Assembly (NCBI GenBank): GCA_038065715.1
Contig: JBBTQL010000004.1
Span: 35,693-99,692 of the forward strand
Direction of reading: 5' to 3'
Length of the DNA: 64,000 nucleotides
Source of the DNA: Patescibacteria group bacterium
GTDB lineage: Bacteria; Patescibacteriota; Minisyncoccia; Minisyncoccales; Staskawiczbacteraceae
In this document: positions 9,330-18,439 of the stretch, piece after piece
Layout of the letters: every line of letters begins with the position of its first letter
Numbering within the stretch: position 1 is the first letter of the stretch
Made by a program: the position numbers and the translations under genes
The notes under the pieces: model-generated
Seen by the model: the letters and a program-made list of their open reading frames with translations, nothing else
Told to the model about the DNA's origin: nothing
Databases searched by the model: none

Positions 9330-9578
9330 TAGTTCCTGAAAAAACGTTTAGTTAGCGGCAAGGCGCCTTTTTTACCAACGGGGAAAGATGGAGCAATACC
9401 CATCTGAAAGCGCGTTGGATTGCTGAGATAATCTTTGTCACCCTGACACAAAGAAACGATTTTTGGCAAAGAGGCGCGCTGGAAAAGAAATGCCAGCCGA
9501 ATCTATTGGAGTCGATTCGGCGCCGCTAACCTTAAAGCCCCTTGTTTTGCAACTCGCAGAACAAGGGGCTGATTTTTT
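9330..9578 (+). ncRNA. Unclassified structured RNA with its own promoter and terminator
   Basis: Closing stem GTTAGCGGC (9351-9359) / GCCGCTAAC (9522-9530). At least 5 internal hairpins, then terminator AGCCCCTTGTT..AACAAGGGGCT plus T-run (9536-9578). No convincing ORF on this strand. Confidence 0.5.
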
Positions 9579-9632
9579 GAATAATTTGACATTATTATTA
9601 GTATAATAGTATTATAAATAATAATTAAATAT

Positions 9633-9845
9633 ATGTCTAAAAAAGTAATTTTATTAAAATCAACAGTAAGAAGGGAAAAAGGCGTGGTGGTTTTACCTTT
9701 GGAAAAATGGCAGAAACTGGAAAAAGAAAAATATGAACTTAAAGAGGTGGTAAAAGCGGTTTTAGAGGGAGAATTAGCGCTGAGGTCAGGGAAAACCAGG
9801 TCTTTTAGAGATTTTATAAAAGACAAATATGCCAAAGATTTTTAA
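9633..9845 (+). CDS. Type II antitoxin (partner of the RelE-like toxin)
   Basis: 70 aa, overlaps the downstream toxin gene by 17 nt, and has the typical small antitoxin size. Confidence 0.6.
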   Translation: MSKKVILLKSTVRREKGVVVLPLEKWQKLEKEKYELKEVVKAVLEGELALRSGKTRSFRDFIKDKYAKDF

Positions 9846-10101
9846 ATCGCATTCTACCCCTCATTTTGAAAGCAAATTTGATAAACTTCCGGAAGATATT
9901 AAAAAAATCGCGCTTAGAAAAATTTTACTTTTTGAAAGTAATTTTCTTCATCCCAGCTTAAATACGCACAAATTAAAAGGGCCCCTTTCTAACTTTTGGG
10001 CTTTTTATATTACTAAAAACTATAGAGTTCTTTTTCAGTTTTTAAAGAATAAAGAAGTCATCTATTATGATATTGATACCCACGATATTTATAAAAAATA
10101 A
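9829..10101 (+). CDS. RelE/YafQ-type mRNA interferase toxin
   Basis: 90 aa. Pattern ..HKLKGPLSNFWAFYITKNYRVLFQF....IYYDIDTHDIYKK is typical of RelE/ParE superfamily toxins. Confidence 0.75.
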   Translation: MPKIFKSHSTPHFESKFDKLPEDIKKIALRKILLFESNFLHPSLNTHKLKGPLSNFWAFYITKNYRVLFQFLKNKEVIYYDIDTHDIYKK

Positions 10102-10998
10102 ATGGAAACAAAACGGCTTATAATAATTGATTCTAATGCCCTGTTACATAGGGCATTTCATGCTTTGCCGCCTTTAACCAATAAAAAAGGCGAACCAACT
10201 GGAGCTGTTTACGGGTATCTGCTGATTTTATTTAAGGCAATAAAAGATTTAAAAGCAAATTACGTGGTTGCCTGTTTTGACACAAAGGCAAAAACTTTCC
10301 GCCACGAAGAATTTAAAGAATATAAGGCGCATAGAGTTGCCACGCCAGACGGCATAATCTCGCAAATACCAATAGCAAAAAAAGTCCTTCAGGCTTTCAG
10401 GATTCCTGTTTTTGCAAAAGATGGATTTGAAGCAGACGATTTAATTGCAACCATTGCTACAGAAGTCGCTAAAAAAGATAACTTAGAAGTTTATATTTTA
10501 AGCGGCGACTTAGATAATTTACAGCTTGTTTCAAATAATATAAAGGTTTATACTTTAGGTAAGGGCATAAAAGATACCGTGGTTTATGACAAAAATAAAG
10601 TTGTAGAACGTTTTGGAGTGGAGCCTTTGCAGATGAATGATTTTAAAGCGTTAACAGGAGACGCTTCAGATAATATTCCTGGGGTTCCCGGCATTGGCAA
10701 AACAACAGCGGCAGATTTAATACAAAGATACGGCAATATAAAAAATATTTATGACGAGCTTTCAACAGACACAGCTGTTTTAAAACCAAAAATAAAAGAA
10801 GCTTTGAAAAACAATAAAGAGTCAGCTTTTCTTTCTCTCAAGCTAGTAGAAACAAAAAAAAATGTTGATATAGATTTTAAAATTGATGATTGCGAGTTTG
10901 GCAAATTTGATTTTAAAGAAGTTGAAAATATTTTTAGAGAATTAGATTTTAATACTTTAATTGATCGTTTAAAATCAATAACAAACAGTAATTATTAA
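10102..10998 (+). CDS. Stand-alone 5'-3' exonuclease (Pol I N-terminal/FEN domain)
   Basis: 298 aa. LIIIDSNALLHRAFHA and the H3TH segment DNIPGVPGIGKTTAADLI; no polymerase domain. Confidence 0.9.
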   Translation: METKRLIIIDSNALLHRAFHALPPLTNKKGEPTGAVYGYLLILFKAIKDLKANYVVACFDTKAKTFRHEEFKEYKAHRVATPDGIISQIPIAKKVLQAFRIPVFAKDGFEADDLIATIATEVAKKDNLEVYILSGDLDNLQLVSNNIKVYTLGKGIKDTVVYDKNKVVERFGVEPLQMNDFKALTGDASDNIPGVPGIGKTTAADLIQRYGNIKNIYDELSTDTAVLKPKIKEALKNNKESAFLSLKLVETKKNVDIDFKIDDCEFGKFDFKEVENIFRELDFNTLIDRLKSITNSNY

Positions 10999-11013
10999 TT
11001 ACATAAATAAATT

Positions 11014-11610
11014 ATGATGAAAATTACATCAAGGATAGCTTTGCCAATAATACTTGCAGGATTATTTGCGATTGTCTCTTTGATAGCCATAGAATACGAT
11101 AGATTAGATACTAGTTTTTATATAGTATTTTTATTTCTTGCAATATATTTGTTTTTATTTGGTTTTGCTATAGGAGAAAGGGTTTCTCTTCCCGTAAAAA
11201 AAATATTACAAAGGGCAACTGAATTAAGCAAAGGAGATTTAAAATCAAGAATTTATTTAGGGGATAAAGACGAGCTTGGCGAGCTTGCAAAAGTTTTTAA
11301 TAAAATAGCAGAAGAACTTGAAAATAGCCGCCTTGAAGCTGGAAAAACAGAAAATTCGGTTAATATAAAAGTGAAAGCCAGAACAGAATCTTTAGAAGAA
11401 ACAATAAAAGCGTTAGAACAAAAAGTCGGGAATAGGGCTTTAGAGCTTGATAAAATAATAAATGAATCTAAAAAAATGCAGGAGATAGCGGCTAAAAAAG
11501 AGATGGAGGCTTTAGAATTAAAAAATGAGCTTTTATTTTTAAAAGAAAAAGCAAAAAGATATAAATCTAAGAAATGTCCGGTTCCGGTAAATGAGGATAA
11601 CGGACAATAA
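11014..11610 (+). CDS. Membrane protein with HAMP domain and coiled coil
   Basis: Two N-terminal TM helices, a HAMP-like PVKKILQRATELSKGDLKSRI...ELGELAKVFNKIAEELE, and a K/E-rich coiled coil. Confidence 0.65.
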   Translation: MMKITSRIALPIILAGLFAIVSLIAIEYDRLDTSFYIVFLFLAIYLFLFGFAIGERVSLPVKKILQRATELSKGDLKSRIYLGDKDELGELAKVFNKIAEELENSRLEAGKTENSVNIKVKARTESLEETIKALEQKVGNRALELDKIINESKKMQEIAAKKEMEALELKNELLFLKEKAKRYKSKKCPVPVNEDNGQ

Positions 11611-11619
11611 TAAAAAAAG

Positions 11620-12513
11620 ATGCCAGAGCTTCCAGAAGTAGAAACAACGGTGCGCGGTTTAAATTCAAAGGTCCTAAAAAGGGCCTTTGTTGATGTGTGG
11701 TCAGATTGGGAAAGAATAATTAAAAAACCAGACAATTTTGAAGTTTTTAAAAAAAATATAAAAGGTAAAAAAATAGAAAAAATATGGCGCCGCGCTAAAA
11801 ATATTATTTTTGATTTATCTGAAGAAAGTTCTCTTTTAATCCACCAAAAAATGACAGGCCATCTTTTGCATGGAACATGGAACATAAAACATGAAACATG
11901 GACGCCGGCTGAAAAAGGTCCATTGAATGACCCGATGAATCGTTTTATTCATTTAATATTTTTTTTAGACAATGGAAAAATGCTCGCTTTGTCTGATGCA
12001 AGAAAATTTGCCAAAGTTGAATTATGGAAAACAGAAGAATTATTAAAAGAATTTGATAATTTAGGGCCAGAACCGCTGGACAAAAATTTTACTTTTGAAA
12101 AGTTTAAAGAAAGATTGTTGCGGCAAAACCCGCCTTCGCCAAGGCTTCGGCGGGGCAAAGTAAAACAGGTTTTAATGAATCCAGAAATAATTGCAGGCAT
12201 TGGAAATATTTATTCTTCAGAGGCATTGTGGCATGCAAAAATACATCCAGAAAAAGAAATCCAAAAATTAAATGGCAAAGAACTAAAAAATATTTATAAT
12301 TCTATTAAAAAAGTTTTAGAGTTGGGGGTGAAATTGGGAGGAGAAAGTTTCTCAGACTACAGAAAACCAGACGGCAGCAAAGGAAATTTTGACACAGAAA
12401 GAAGGGCTTATAAAAGGGAGGGGCAAAAATGCCATAGATGCGGGACAAAAATAAAAAGAATAAAATTTGGCGGCAGAAGCGCATTTTTTTGCCCCCACTG
12501 CCAAAAACTATGA
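11620..12513 (+). CDS. mutM: Formamidopyrimidine-DNA glycosylase
   Basis: N-terminal MPELPEVET and a C-terminal zinc finger CHRCGTKIKRIKFGGRSAFFCPHCQ. Carries a GC-rich in-frame insert at 12129-12155. Confidence 0.95.
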   Translation: MPELPEVETTVRGLNSKVLKRAFVDVWSDWERIIKKPDNFEVFKKNIKGKKIEKIWRRAKNIIFDLSEESSLLIHQKMTGHLLHGTWNIKHETWTPAEKGPLNDPMNRFIHLIFFLDNGKMLALSDARKFAKVELWKTEELLKEFDNLGPEPLDKNFTFEKFKERLLRQNPPSPRLRRGKVKQVLMNPEIIAGIGNIYSSEALWHAKIHPEKEIQKLNGKELKNIYNSIKKVLELGVKLGGESFSDYRKPDGSKGNFDTERRAYKREGQKCHRCGTKIKRIKFGGRSAFFCPHCQKL

Positions 12514-12527
12514 TAAAAGCAAAAAAT

Positions 12528-12546
12528 AGAGACCCGATCTCGCACA
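12528..12546. repeat. REP-like sequence upstream of RAYT (degenerate, inverted orientation)
   Basis: AGAGACCCGATCTCGCACA is the near reverse complement of the downstream REP core GTGTGAGATCGGGTCTC. Confidence 0.6.
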
Positions 12547-12565
12547 ACTCACACAAAAAAATACT

Positions 12566-13303
12566 ATGCCATATAGAAAAGAACAATTTGTGAACGGAGA
12601 TATTTATCACATTACCAATAGAGCAATTGATGATAACTTAATTTTTAAAGATAAAAACGATTATTATCGCGGTATTTTTTCTATTTATGAATTTAATAAT
12701 GAAAAACCTGTGAATATATCTAATAGAAGACGAGATCGGATTGTCGAAAAAGAAAGAGAAAAACCGTGTGAGACCGGGTCTCATGCGAAGCTTTCTTCGG
12801 ATGAAAGGGAAAAGTTGGTGGATATTTTTGCATTTTGTTTTATGCCAAATCATATTCATCTTTTGGTAAAACAGCTGGAAGATAATGGAATAACTAATTT
12901 TATGAAAAAAGTCGGCATAGGATATGGAGGTTATTTTAATAGAAAATATCAGCGCAAAGGTTATGTTTTCCAAAACAGATTTAAATCAGTTCACATAGAG
13001 AATGACAATCAATTTATGGTGGTTGTGCCGTACATATTTACAAATCCCACCGCATTAATAGAGCCAGGGTGGAAAGGACAGGGGATCAAAAATCACTCCA
13101 CCAAAGAGGTGCTTAAATTTTTAGAAGAATACAAGTGGTCAAGTTATCAAGATTGTATTGGAATTAAGAATTTTGATTCTGTCACACAAAGAGATTTTTT
13201 ATTAGAAATGATGGCAGGCAAACAAGGTTGTAAAGACGCAGTTGAAAATTGGATAAAAAATAAAGTCGAAATTGGACAGCACGCAAATATTTTATTAGAT
13301 TAA
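12566..13303 (+). CDS. REP-associated tyrosine transposase (RAYT, IS200/IS605 Y1 HUH family)
   Basis: 245 aa. YHITNRA, the HUH motif in FMPNHIHLLV, and a C-terminal Tyr-containing region. Flanked by REP-like hairpins. Confidence 0.8.
   Translation: MPYRKEQFVNGDIYHITNRAIDDNLIFKDKNDYYRGIFSIYEFNNEKPVNISNRRRDRIVEKEREKPCETGSHAKLSSDEREKLVDIFAFCFMPNHIHLLVKQLEDNGITNFMKKVGIGYGGYFNRKYQRKGYVFQNRFKSVHIENDNQFMVVVPYIFTNPTALIEPGWKGQGIKNHSTKEVLKFLEEYKWSSYQDCIGIKNFDSVTQRDFLLEMMAGKQGCKDAVENWIKNKVEIGQHANILLD
12766..12786. repeat. REP-like hairpin inside the RAYT coding sequence (in frame)
   Basis: AAAACCGTGTGAGACCGGGTCTCATGC closely matches AAAACCGTGTGAGATCGGGTCTCACAC at 13303-13330. Encodes ..KPCETGSHA.. Confidence 0.65.
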
Positions 13304-13306
13304 AAA

Positions 13307-13332
13307 CCGTGTGAGATCGGGTCTCACACAGC
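13307..13332. repeat. REP hairpin downstream of RAYT
   Basis: GTGTGAGA-TCGGG-TCTCACAC, a perfect 8-bp stem, immediately after the RAYT stop. Confidence 0.75.
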
Positions 13333-13341
13333 TTGCTAAAA

Positions 13342-14316
13342 ATGATTTATTTTATTTACGGGGAAGATTCTTACAGGTCAAAAAAGAAATTAGAAGAGAT
13401 AATTTTAGGTTACAAAAAAGTCCATAAATCAGGATTAAATTTGGTTTATGTTGATGCTGGTAAAACAGACTTTAATGATTTTTACAGCAATTTTAAAATT
13501 ACCTCAATGTTTGCTGAAAAAAAACTGATAGTTTTAAAAAATGTTTTTTCTCGCCCTGAACGCGCCGAAGGGCCAAGTCAAAAGTTTCAGGAGGAGTTTT
13601 TAGAAAATTTTAAAAATTTAGAAAAAATTGAAGATATAATTATTGTTTTTGAATATGATGCGGTTGATGAAAGAAAAAAGCTTTTTAAAATTTTAAAAAA
13701 AGAAACAAAATGCCAGGAGCTCTCTTTTCTTTTTGGGCTAAGCCTAAAAAAATGGGCAAAAGAGGAGTTCGAAAAAAACAAAACAAAAATTAATCCTGAC
13801 GCAGAAGACTTGCTTTTGGCTTTTACGGGAAACGATCTCTGGCAATTAGCAAATGAGATAAATAAATTATCAAATTATAAAAGAGAGGGGTACTCGCTGC
13901 CAGGTCTTATAAAAAAAGAAGATGTTGAGCTTTTAGTAAGGCCTAAGTTAGAAAATGATATTTTTAAAACAATTGAAGCCATGGCTCAAAAAAATAAAAA
14001 AGAAGCTTTTTCTTTATTGCATAAGCATATTGAAAATGGAGACAACGCCCTTTATCTGCTTTCAATGATTGCCTACCAGTTTAAAAATCTTTTAATAATA
14101 AAAGAACTTATTGAAAAACGCCTGCCCTATGCTGTTGTTTCAAAAAACAGCGGGCTTCACCCGTTTGTTGTTAAAAAAACATATTATTTGTGCGGCCAGT
14201 TTTCATTTAACGAACTAAAAAAAATCTACCAAAAAATTTTTCAGGCAGATTTAGATATTAAAACAGGTAAGATTGATCCAGAACTCACCTTAGATTTATT
14301 AGTTTCAGAAGTATAG
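13342..14316 (+). CDS. holA: DNA polymerase III delta subunit
   Basis: N-terminus MIYFIYGEDSYRSKKKLEEII and overall length typical of HolA. ATG 13342 preferred over TTG 13333. Confidence 0.8.
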   Translation: MIYFIYGEDSYRSKKKLEEIILGYKKVHKSGLNLVYVDAGKTDFNDFYSNFKITSMFAEKKLIVLKNVFSRPERAEGPSQKFQEEFLENFKNLEKIEDIIIVFEYDAVDERKKLFKILKKETKCQELSFLFGLSLKKWAKEEFEKNKTKINPDAEDLLLAFTGNDLWQLANEINKLSNYKREGYSLPGLIKKEDVELLVRPKLENDIFKTIEAMAQKNKKEAFSLLHKHIENGDNALYLLSMIAYQFKNLLIIKELIEKRLPYAVVSKNSGLHPFVVKKTYYLCGQFSFNELKKIYQKIFQADLDIKTGKIDPELTLDLLVSEV

Positions 14317-14322
14317 TTATTT

Positions 14323-14583
14323 TTATTTTTTTTCTATCAATCTTGTTAATCTGGATTTTTTTCTTGACGCGGCATTCTTTTTTATAACCCCCTTTTTTGC
14401 CGCTTTATCTAAAATAGAATAAACCTCTGATAATAGTTTTTTTACTTCAACAGATTTTTTTTCTAAAACCAAACTGCGGGCCTCTTTAATGAGGCTTTTC
14501 ATTTTGTTTTTATAAACAAGATTTTGCTCTTTTCGCCTTGCGTTTTGGCGAATAGCTTTTTTAGCTGATTTTGTTATAGCCAT
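14323..14583 (-). CDS. rpsT: 30S ribosomal protein S20
   Basis: 86 aa, starting MAITKSAKKAIRQNARRKEQNLVYKNKMK. Confidence 0.9.
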   Translation of the reverse strand: MAITKSAKKAIRQNARRKEQNLVYKNKMKSLIKEARSLVLEKKSVEVKKLLSEVYSILDKAAKKGVIKKNAASRKKSRLTRLIEKK

Positions 14584-14724
14584 AATTTTTTATTTTATAT
14601 AAAAAAAGCATATCACATAATTATTATTTTTGCAATAGTTGAAGCTTTGTGCTATATTGTAAAAACAGTTTTTTACTTGCCCGTGTGGGCAGGTTTCGCA
14701 CATTGACATTAAGGGAGCTCAGAA

Positions 14725-16302
14725 ATGATTAGCAAACAAAAAAACAACGATTGGCGGTTGATAAGGATTATTGTTCCTGCGTCTAAGAGAGAAACTATAT
14801 ATAGCAGACCATTAAAGATTACTACATCTTTGGCGGCTGTGATTTTAGCAACTATTATCAATAAGATTTGGGGATGGAGGGTTGAGATAATAGATGAAAA
14901 CAATTTTAGGAGCGGTCCTTTAGATAAAAACGGTTTGCCAGACCATGCAGTTTTGCAAAGAGAAAATCCAGCTGTATTGGTTGGATTTTACTGCGGTTTA
15001 AGCAGCCAGATTGACAGAGTTTGGGATTTGGCCAAACTTTATAAAGAACAAGGAGTGGCCACTGTAGCAGGCTCTTGGCATTCTCACTATTTGCCAGAAG
15101 AAACCTTACGCCACGATATTGATTTAGTTGTGCACGGCGATGGAGAACCTGTGATAAAAAGAATTATCTCTAACTTCAGCGACGGAAAGCCTTTGTGGCA
15201 ATCTGTTCCAGGAGTTTCTTTTTTGAGAGATGGTAAAGTTTATCACAACTCTTTAAGCTTGCAAGAAATTCAAGGTATTCCAGATGAAGATGAATTTTTG
15301 AATGGCTTAATGAATAAGGCTTTTGACTTAAGCGACCAGCCCTATCCAGACTTTGGTTTAGTAAAACTTGCAAAAATCAAAATATACCCGATAGGTCGCA
15401 TTAGGGGGTGCAGTTTTAGATGCGAGTTTTGCAGTGTTAGGGGTTCTGCTAGATGGGCAAGCCCAGAATATTTATTTGGAACAGTTAATTGGCTGGTTCA
15501 AACAAGAAAAGCAAAAGAGTTTTTTATTGTTGACGACAGGCTTGAAGAAGATATTGAAGGCACAATAAGGTTTTTTGAAATGATTGCTAAAAAGTACGGC
15601 AACAAACTCAGTTTTATTGTGCAAGTTCGTCTTGGAGCCGCAGAAAATACAAGGCTCTTAGAGGTAATGGAAAAAGCAGGAGTTAGAGTTGTTTGTATTG
15701 GGTATGAATCTCCGATTCAAGAAGAATTGAAGGCAATGCGCAAAGGAGTGGCGGCAGAGAAAATGCTTGAACTAACTAGAATCTGGCGGAAACATTTTAG
15801 GATTCACGGAATGTTTATAGTTGGTTTTCCTCTGCAAGACAACCAACCGTCTCCGCCAGCAAAGAAAATTTACAAAGTCTACAAGGATTTTGTAAGAAAA
15901 GCTGGCATAGACAGCGTTCAGTTTCTTGTGGCAGGGCCGGTGCCGGGGTCTGACCTTAAAAAAAGGTTGAAAAAAGATCAAAGACTGCCCTTTTCTGACC
16001 AAGAAATGTCGTTGGCTGGCGATGGAAATTTTGTTTTGTTCAAACCAATTGGCATAACTGCAACAGAGCTTCAAAATACTACCATGCGGCTAATGAGATG
16101 GTTTTACGGGCCTCTGAACATTCCCAGATTTGTTTTTAGGCTCTTGTCTTTTCCATTTGATTGGCTGATAAGAGGATGGCAAAATTGGTACAAAGACTGG
16201 TGTAGAGACAAAATAAAACTTGGAGGCCATTATTTGTTAAGAAAATGGCAAAGAAGAAAAGAAGTAGCAGAGCTTTTGGAAGAGATTAAAAAGCGATGCT
16301 AA
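14725..16302 (+). CDS. B12-binding-domain radical SAM protein
   Basis: 525 aa with a CSFRCEFC (CxxxCxxC) cluster motif, an N-terminal Rossmann-like B12-binding region, and RBS AAGGGAG upstream. Confidence 0.8.
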   Translation: MISKQKNNDWRLIRIIVPASKRETIYSRPLKITTSLAAVILATIINKIWGWRVEIIDENNFRSGPLDKNGLPDHAVLQRENPAVLVGFYCGLSSQIDRVWDLAKLYKEQGVATVAGSWHSHYLPEETLRHDIDLVVHGDGEPVIKRIISNFSDGKPLWQSVPGVSFLRDGKVYHNSLSLQEIQGIPDEDEFLNGLMNKAFDLSDQPYPDFGLVKLAKIKIYPIGRIRGCSFRCEFCSVRGSARWASPEYLFGTVNWLVQTRKAKEFFIVDDRLEEDIEGTIRFFEMIAKKYGNKLSFIVQVRLGAAENTRLLEVMEKAGVRVVCIGYESPIQEELKAMRKGVAAEKMLELTRIWRKHFRIHGMFIVGFPLQDNQPSPPAKKIYKVYKDFVRKAGIDSVQFLVAGPVPGSDLKKRLKKDQRLPFSDQEMSLAGDGNFVLFKPIGITATELQNTTMRLMRWFYGPLNIPRFVFRLLSFPFDWLIRGWQNWYKDWCRDKIKLGGHYLLRKWQRRKEVAELLEEIKKRC

Positions 16303-16309
16303 TAATTGC

Positions 16310-16337
16310 AGACGAACGAAAGTTCGTCTTTTTTTTG
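16310..16337 (+). terminator. Intrinsic terminator
   Basis: AGACGAAC-GAAA-GTTCGTCT followed by T8. Confidence 0.85.
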
Positions 16338-16419
16338 AGTGGCTTGTTAGAAGTTTGACGTAATATGTGGCAAGTGGTAAAATTAAGTAAACTTTTTAAA
16401 AATAAAAAATAAAAAAAAT

Positions 16420-18360
16420 ATGGGAGAAAAACCAAACAGAGGAGAAAATGCCAAAAATATACAAATGGTAAAAAATATGGCCGAACAAGCCAAAGCACTT
16501 GAAGATAGTCAAGCTTCAACTAATCCAGAAATAACTCCACCGCAACTTCCACCAAAACCAGACGGAAGTCCAATACCTCCAGAAATTTTTGCTGGAGGTT
16601 TAAAAGGAGTAAAAGCGCCAGCGGAAGAGCTTGTTGGACAGGGAAAATTAGAAAATGTAATTAAACCCAACGAGTCTTTTATCGAAAGTGAAAAAAAATA
16701 TTTTCAAACAAAAGCATATTTTGAAAGATTGATAGAAGCTACTAATGACAAATTAGAAGAATTAAGTTTTAATTTGAAAGAAGGAAAAGGCGCGAAAGAA
16801 GACACAAAAAATGAAATAGCCGATGTAAAAAAAGATTATAAAAAAGTCTCGGATTTGCTTCACGATTTAGAAAACGGAAAAACCGAACAAGTAAAGGTAT
16901 TTATTGCCGACAGGCTGGAATTGGCAAAAAAACAAATTGAGATAGGAGAAATAAAAGAAGATGACGATAAATATACTCATCTTTTAGAGCTTGCTGAAGA
17001 GCTTGGTATACAGAAGGAGGCAGAAAAAGAAAATAAACCTCAAGTTACAGAAAAATTAATTCAGCCAAATGGAAATATAGAAGATGACAGCACAAAAAAA
17101 GTTTTAGATGCGGCAAAAGAAAAATTAGAAAAACAAAGACAAATTTTAGAGTCAGCTTATGGTTCTGGAGATAACACAATAGATGTTGGTGCAGAAGCGA
17201 AGCTAATTGTCAGCCAATTTGAAACGCCCCTGCTAGAGGAAATACCAGTTCCAAAAACAGAGGTTGAGCCGCTTGTTACAGAATCAAGTTTAGAAGAAGA
17301 AAAAGAACAGGGAGAAGCTGTTGTTAGTCCTGATGGCAAATTTATTTACATTAATGGAGAAAAAGAAAAGCCAGCCGTAGAAGAAAAGGTTAGAGTGGAA
17401 TCTGAAGAAGACAGAGAAAAAAGAGAAAAAGCAGAAGCACAGCTGGCTGAAGAAATGCGCTTGCAAAAAATCAAAGAAGCAAAAGAAGAATTAATAAAAA
17501 CAGCAGAGCAGATAAAAACTGCAGTTGCAGAAAAAAATAAAAGCAGTGAGGCGTTGTTATTAGAATCTGCCAAGGGGCCTTTTGAAACAGCAACTGGAGA
17601 AAATTTAGAAAGAAAGAGCGGTGAAAGAGCAGAATTGGTGGCTAAAGAAACAATGAATTGTAAAAGAGTAACTGTGGCAGAATATCTGCAAGAAAATACA
17701 AAAAAAGAAACAGGCATTGCTGAACAAAAACAGAGATTTAAAGCATTAAAAAAATATTGGGCTAATTTATCTAAGGAAGAACAAATACAATATGTTCATG
17801 ACGGTAAAGTTGATGCAAATAAAGTCGCTGTAGATTTGGATAAAAAAATAAATGATAAAAAAGCGGAGTTAGGTAAAAAAGGAATAGAACTTTCTACAAA
17901 TGCATTTTATGCAATGATTGATAATGGATTAAGGCCAGAAGAAATCAAGATATATAAACCATGGTATTCCTCCGTGTTTAAAATAGAAATTCCGCGTTTG
18001 TCTAAAAGAGATAAAAGCGGACCGGCTAAATATTCAGAAAAAGATTTTGCGGAGGAAATTAAAGAGATAGAGGGTGTTTTTAATAAATCAATTAGAAGCG
18101 ATGCAAGAGCCCAACTCGAAAGAAAAATTATATCAGGCAAGAATATATGGAAACAAATAAAGCAAAAGTGCATGAGAAATATAATTGAAGAAACAGCTGA
18201 TGAATATAAAAAACAACAAGAGAATCTGCAGGAAGAACAGGCCGAAAACGCCACAAATAATGTTGCGCCAGAAGTTAAAGTCAGGCGAAGAAAAAATCGA
18301 TTTACTGCGCCAAAAGCTGAGGGTAGACATAAAATAATAAAGAAAAAAAGTAAAAAATAA
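16420..18360 (+). CDS. Large K/E-rich coiled-coil hypothetical protein
   Basis: 646-aa ORF. Low complexity in the first two thirds, with a more ordinary C-terminal 200 aa. No recognisable family. Confidence 0.5.
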   Translation: MGEKPNRGENAKNIQMVKNMAEQAKALEDSQASTNPEITPPQLPPKPDGSPIPPEIFAGGLKGVKAPAEELVGQGKLENVIKPNESFIESEKKYFQTKAYFERLIEATNDKLEELSFNLKEGKGAKEDTKNEIADVKKDYKKVSDLLHDLENGKTEQVKVFIADRLELAKKQIEIGEIKEDDDKYTHLLELAEELGIQKEAEKENKPQVTEKLIQPNGNIEDDSTKKVLDAAKEKLEKQRQILESAYGSGDNTIDVGAEAKLIVSQFETPLLEEIPVPKTEVEPLVTESSLEEEKEQGEAVVSPDGKFIYINGEKEKPAVEEKVRVESEEDREKREKAEAQLAEEMRLQKIKEAKEELIKTAEQIKTAVAEKNKSSEALLLESAKGPFETATGENLERKSGERAELVAKETMNCKRVTVAEYLQENTKKETGIAEQKQRFKALKKYWANLSKEEQIQYVHDGKVDANKVAVDLDKKINDKKAELGKKGIELSTNAFYAMIDNGLRPEEIKIYKPWYSSVFKIEIPRLSKRDKSGPAKYSEKDFAEEIKEIEGVFNKSIRSDARAQLERKIISGKNIWKQIKQKCMRNIIEETADEYKKQQENLQEEQAENATNNVAPEVKVRRRKNRFTAPKAEGRHKIIKKKSKK

Positions 18361-18363
18361 TAT

Positions 18364-18410
18364 AAAAAAAGAGAGCTGAGGCCAATAAATTGGCTTCAGC
18401 TCTTTGCGTT
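18364..18410. terminator. Bidirectional terminator between convergent genes
   Basis: 13-bp stem AGAGCTGAGGCCA / TGGCTTCAGCTCT with an A-run upstream and a T-rich tail downstream. Confidence 0.75.
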
Positions 18411-18439
18411 TTCCCTATTCCCGATGATTCGGAGAACTG

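Noticed and set aside
9503-9835. 110-aa minus-strand ORF.
   Set aside because: It is low-complexity Ser/Phe/Leu-rich antisense reading across the antitoxin gene and the terminator of the structured RNA. It has no RBS.
9633-10101. The two RelE-type toxin-antitoxin pairs (9633-10101 and 42188-42671) as a novel defence island.
   Set aside because: Both are ordinary two-gene type II modules with recognisable toxin folds, embedded among housekeeping genes. They are reported as features only.
11253-11885. 210-aa minus-strand ORF spanning the HAMP protein and the mutM start. Similar antisense ORFs lie inside the PBP, yebC, pilB-like, uvrB, ruvA, KE-rich, ileS, leuS and other genes.
   Set aside because: In every case the opposite strand encodes a recognisable conserved protein. 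The antisense translations are low-complexity (F/L/S/K-rich), as is typical of AT-rich genomes.
14725-18360. Radical SAM gene plus the adjacent large K/E-rich protein as a RiPP or other biosynthetic system.
   Set aside because: No precursor-peptide-like small ORF, transporter or protease is adjacent. The K/E-rich protein is low complexity, so the evidence is insufficient.
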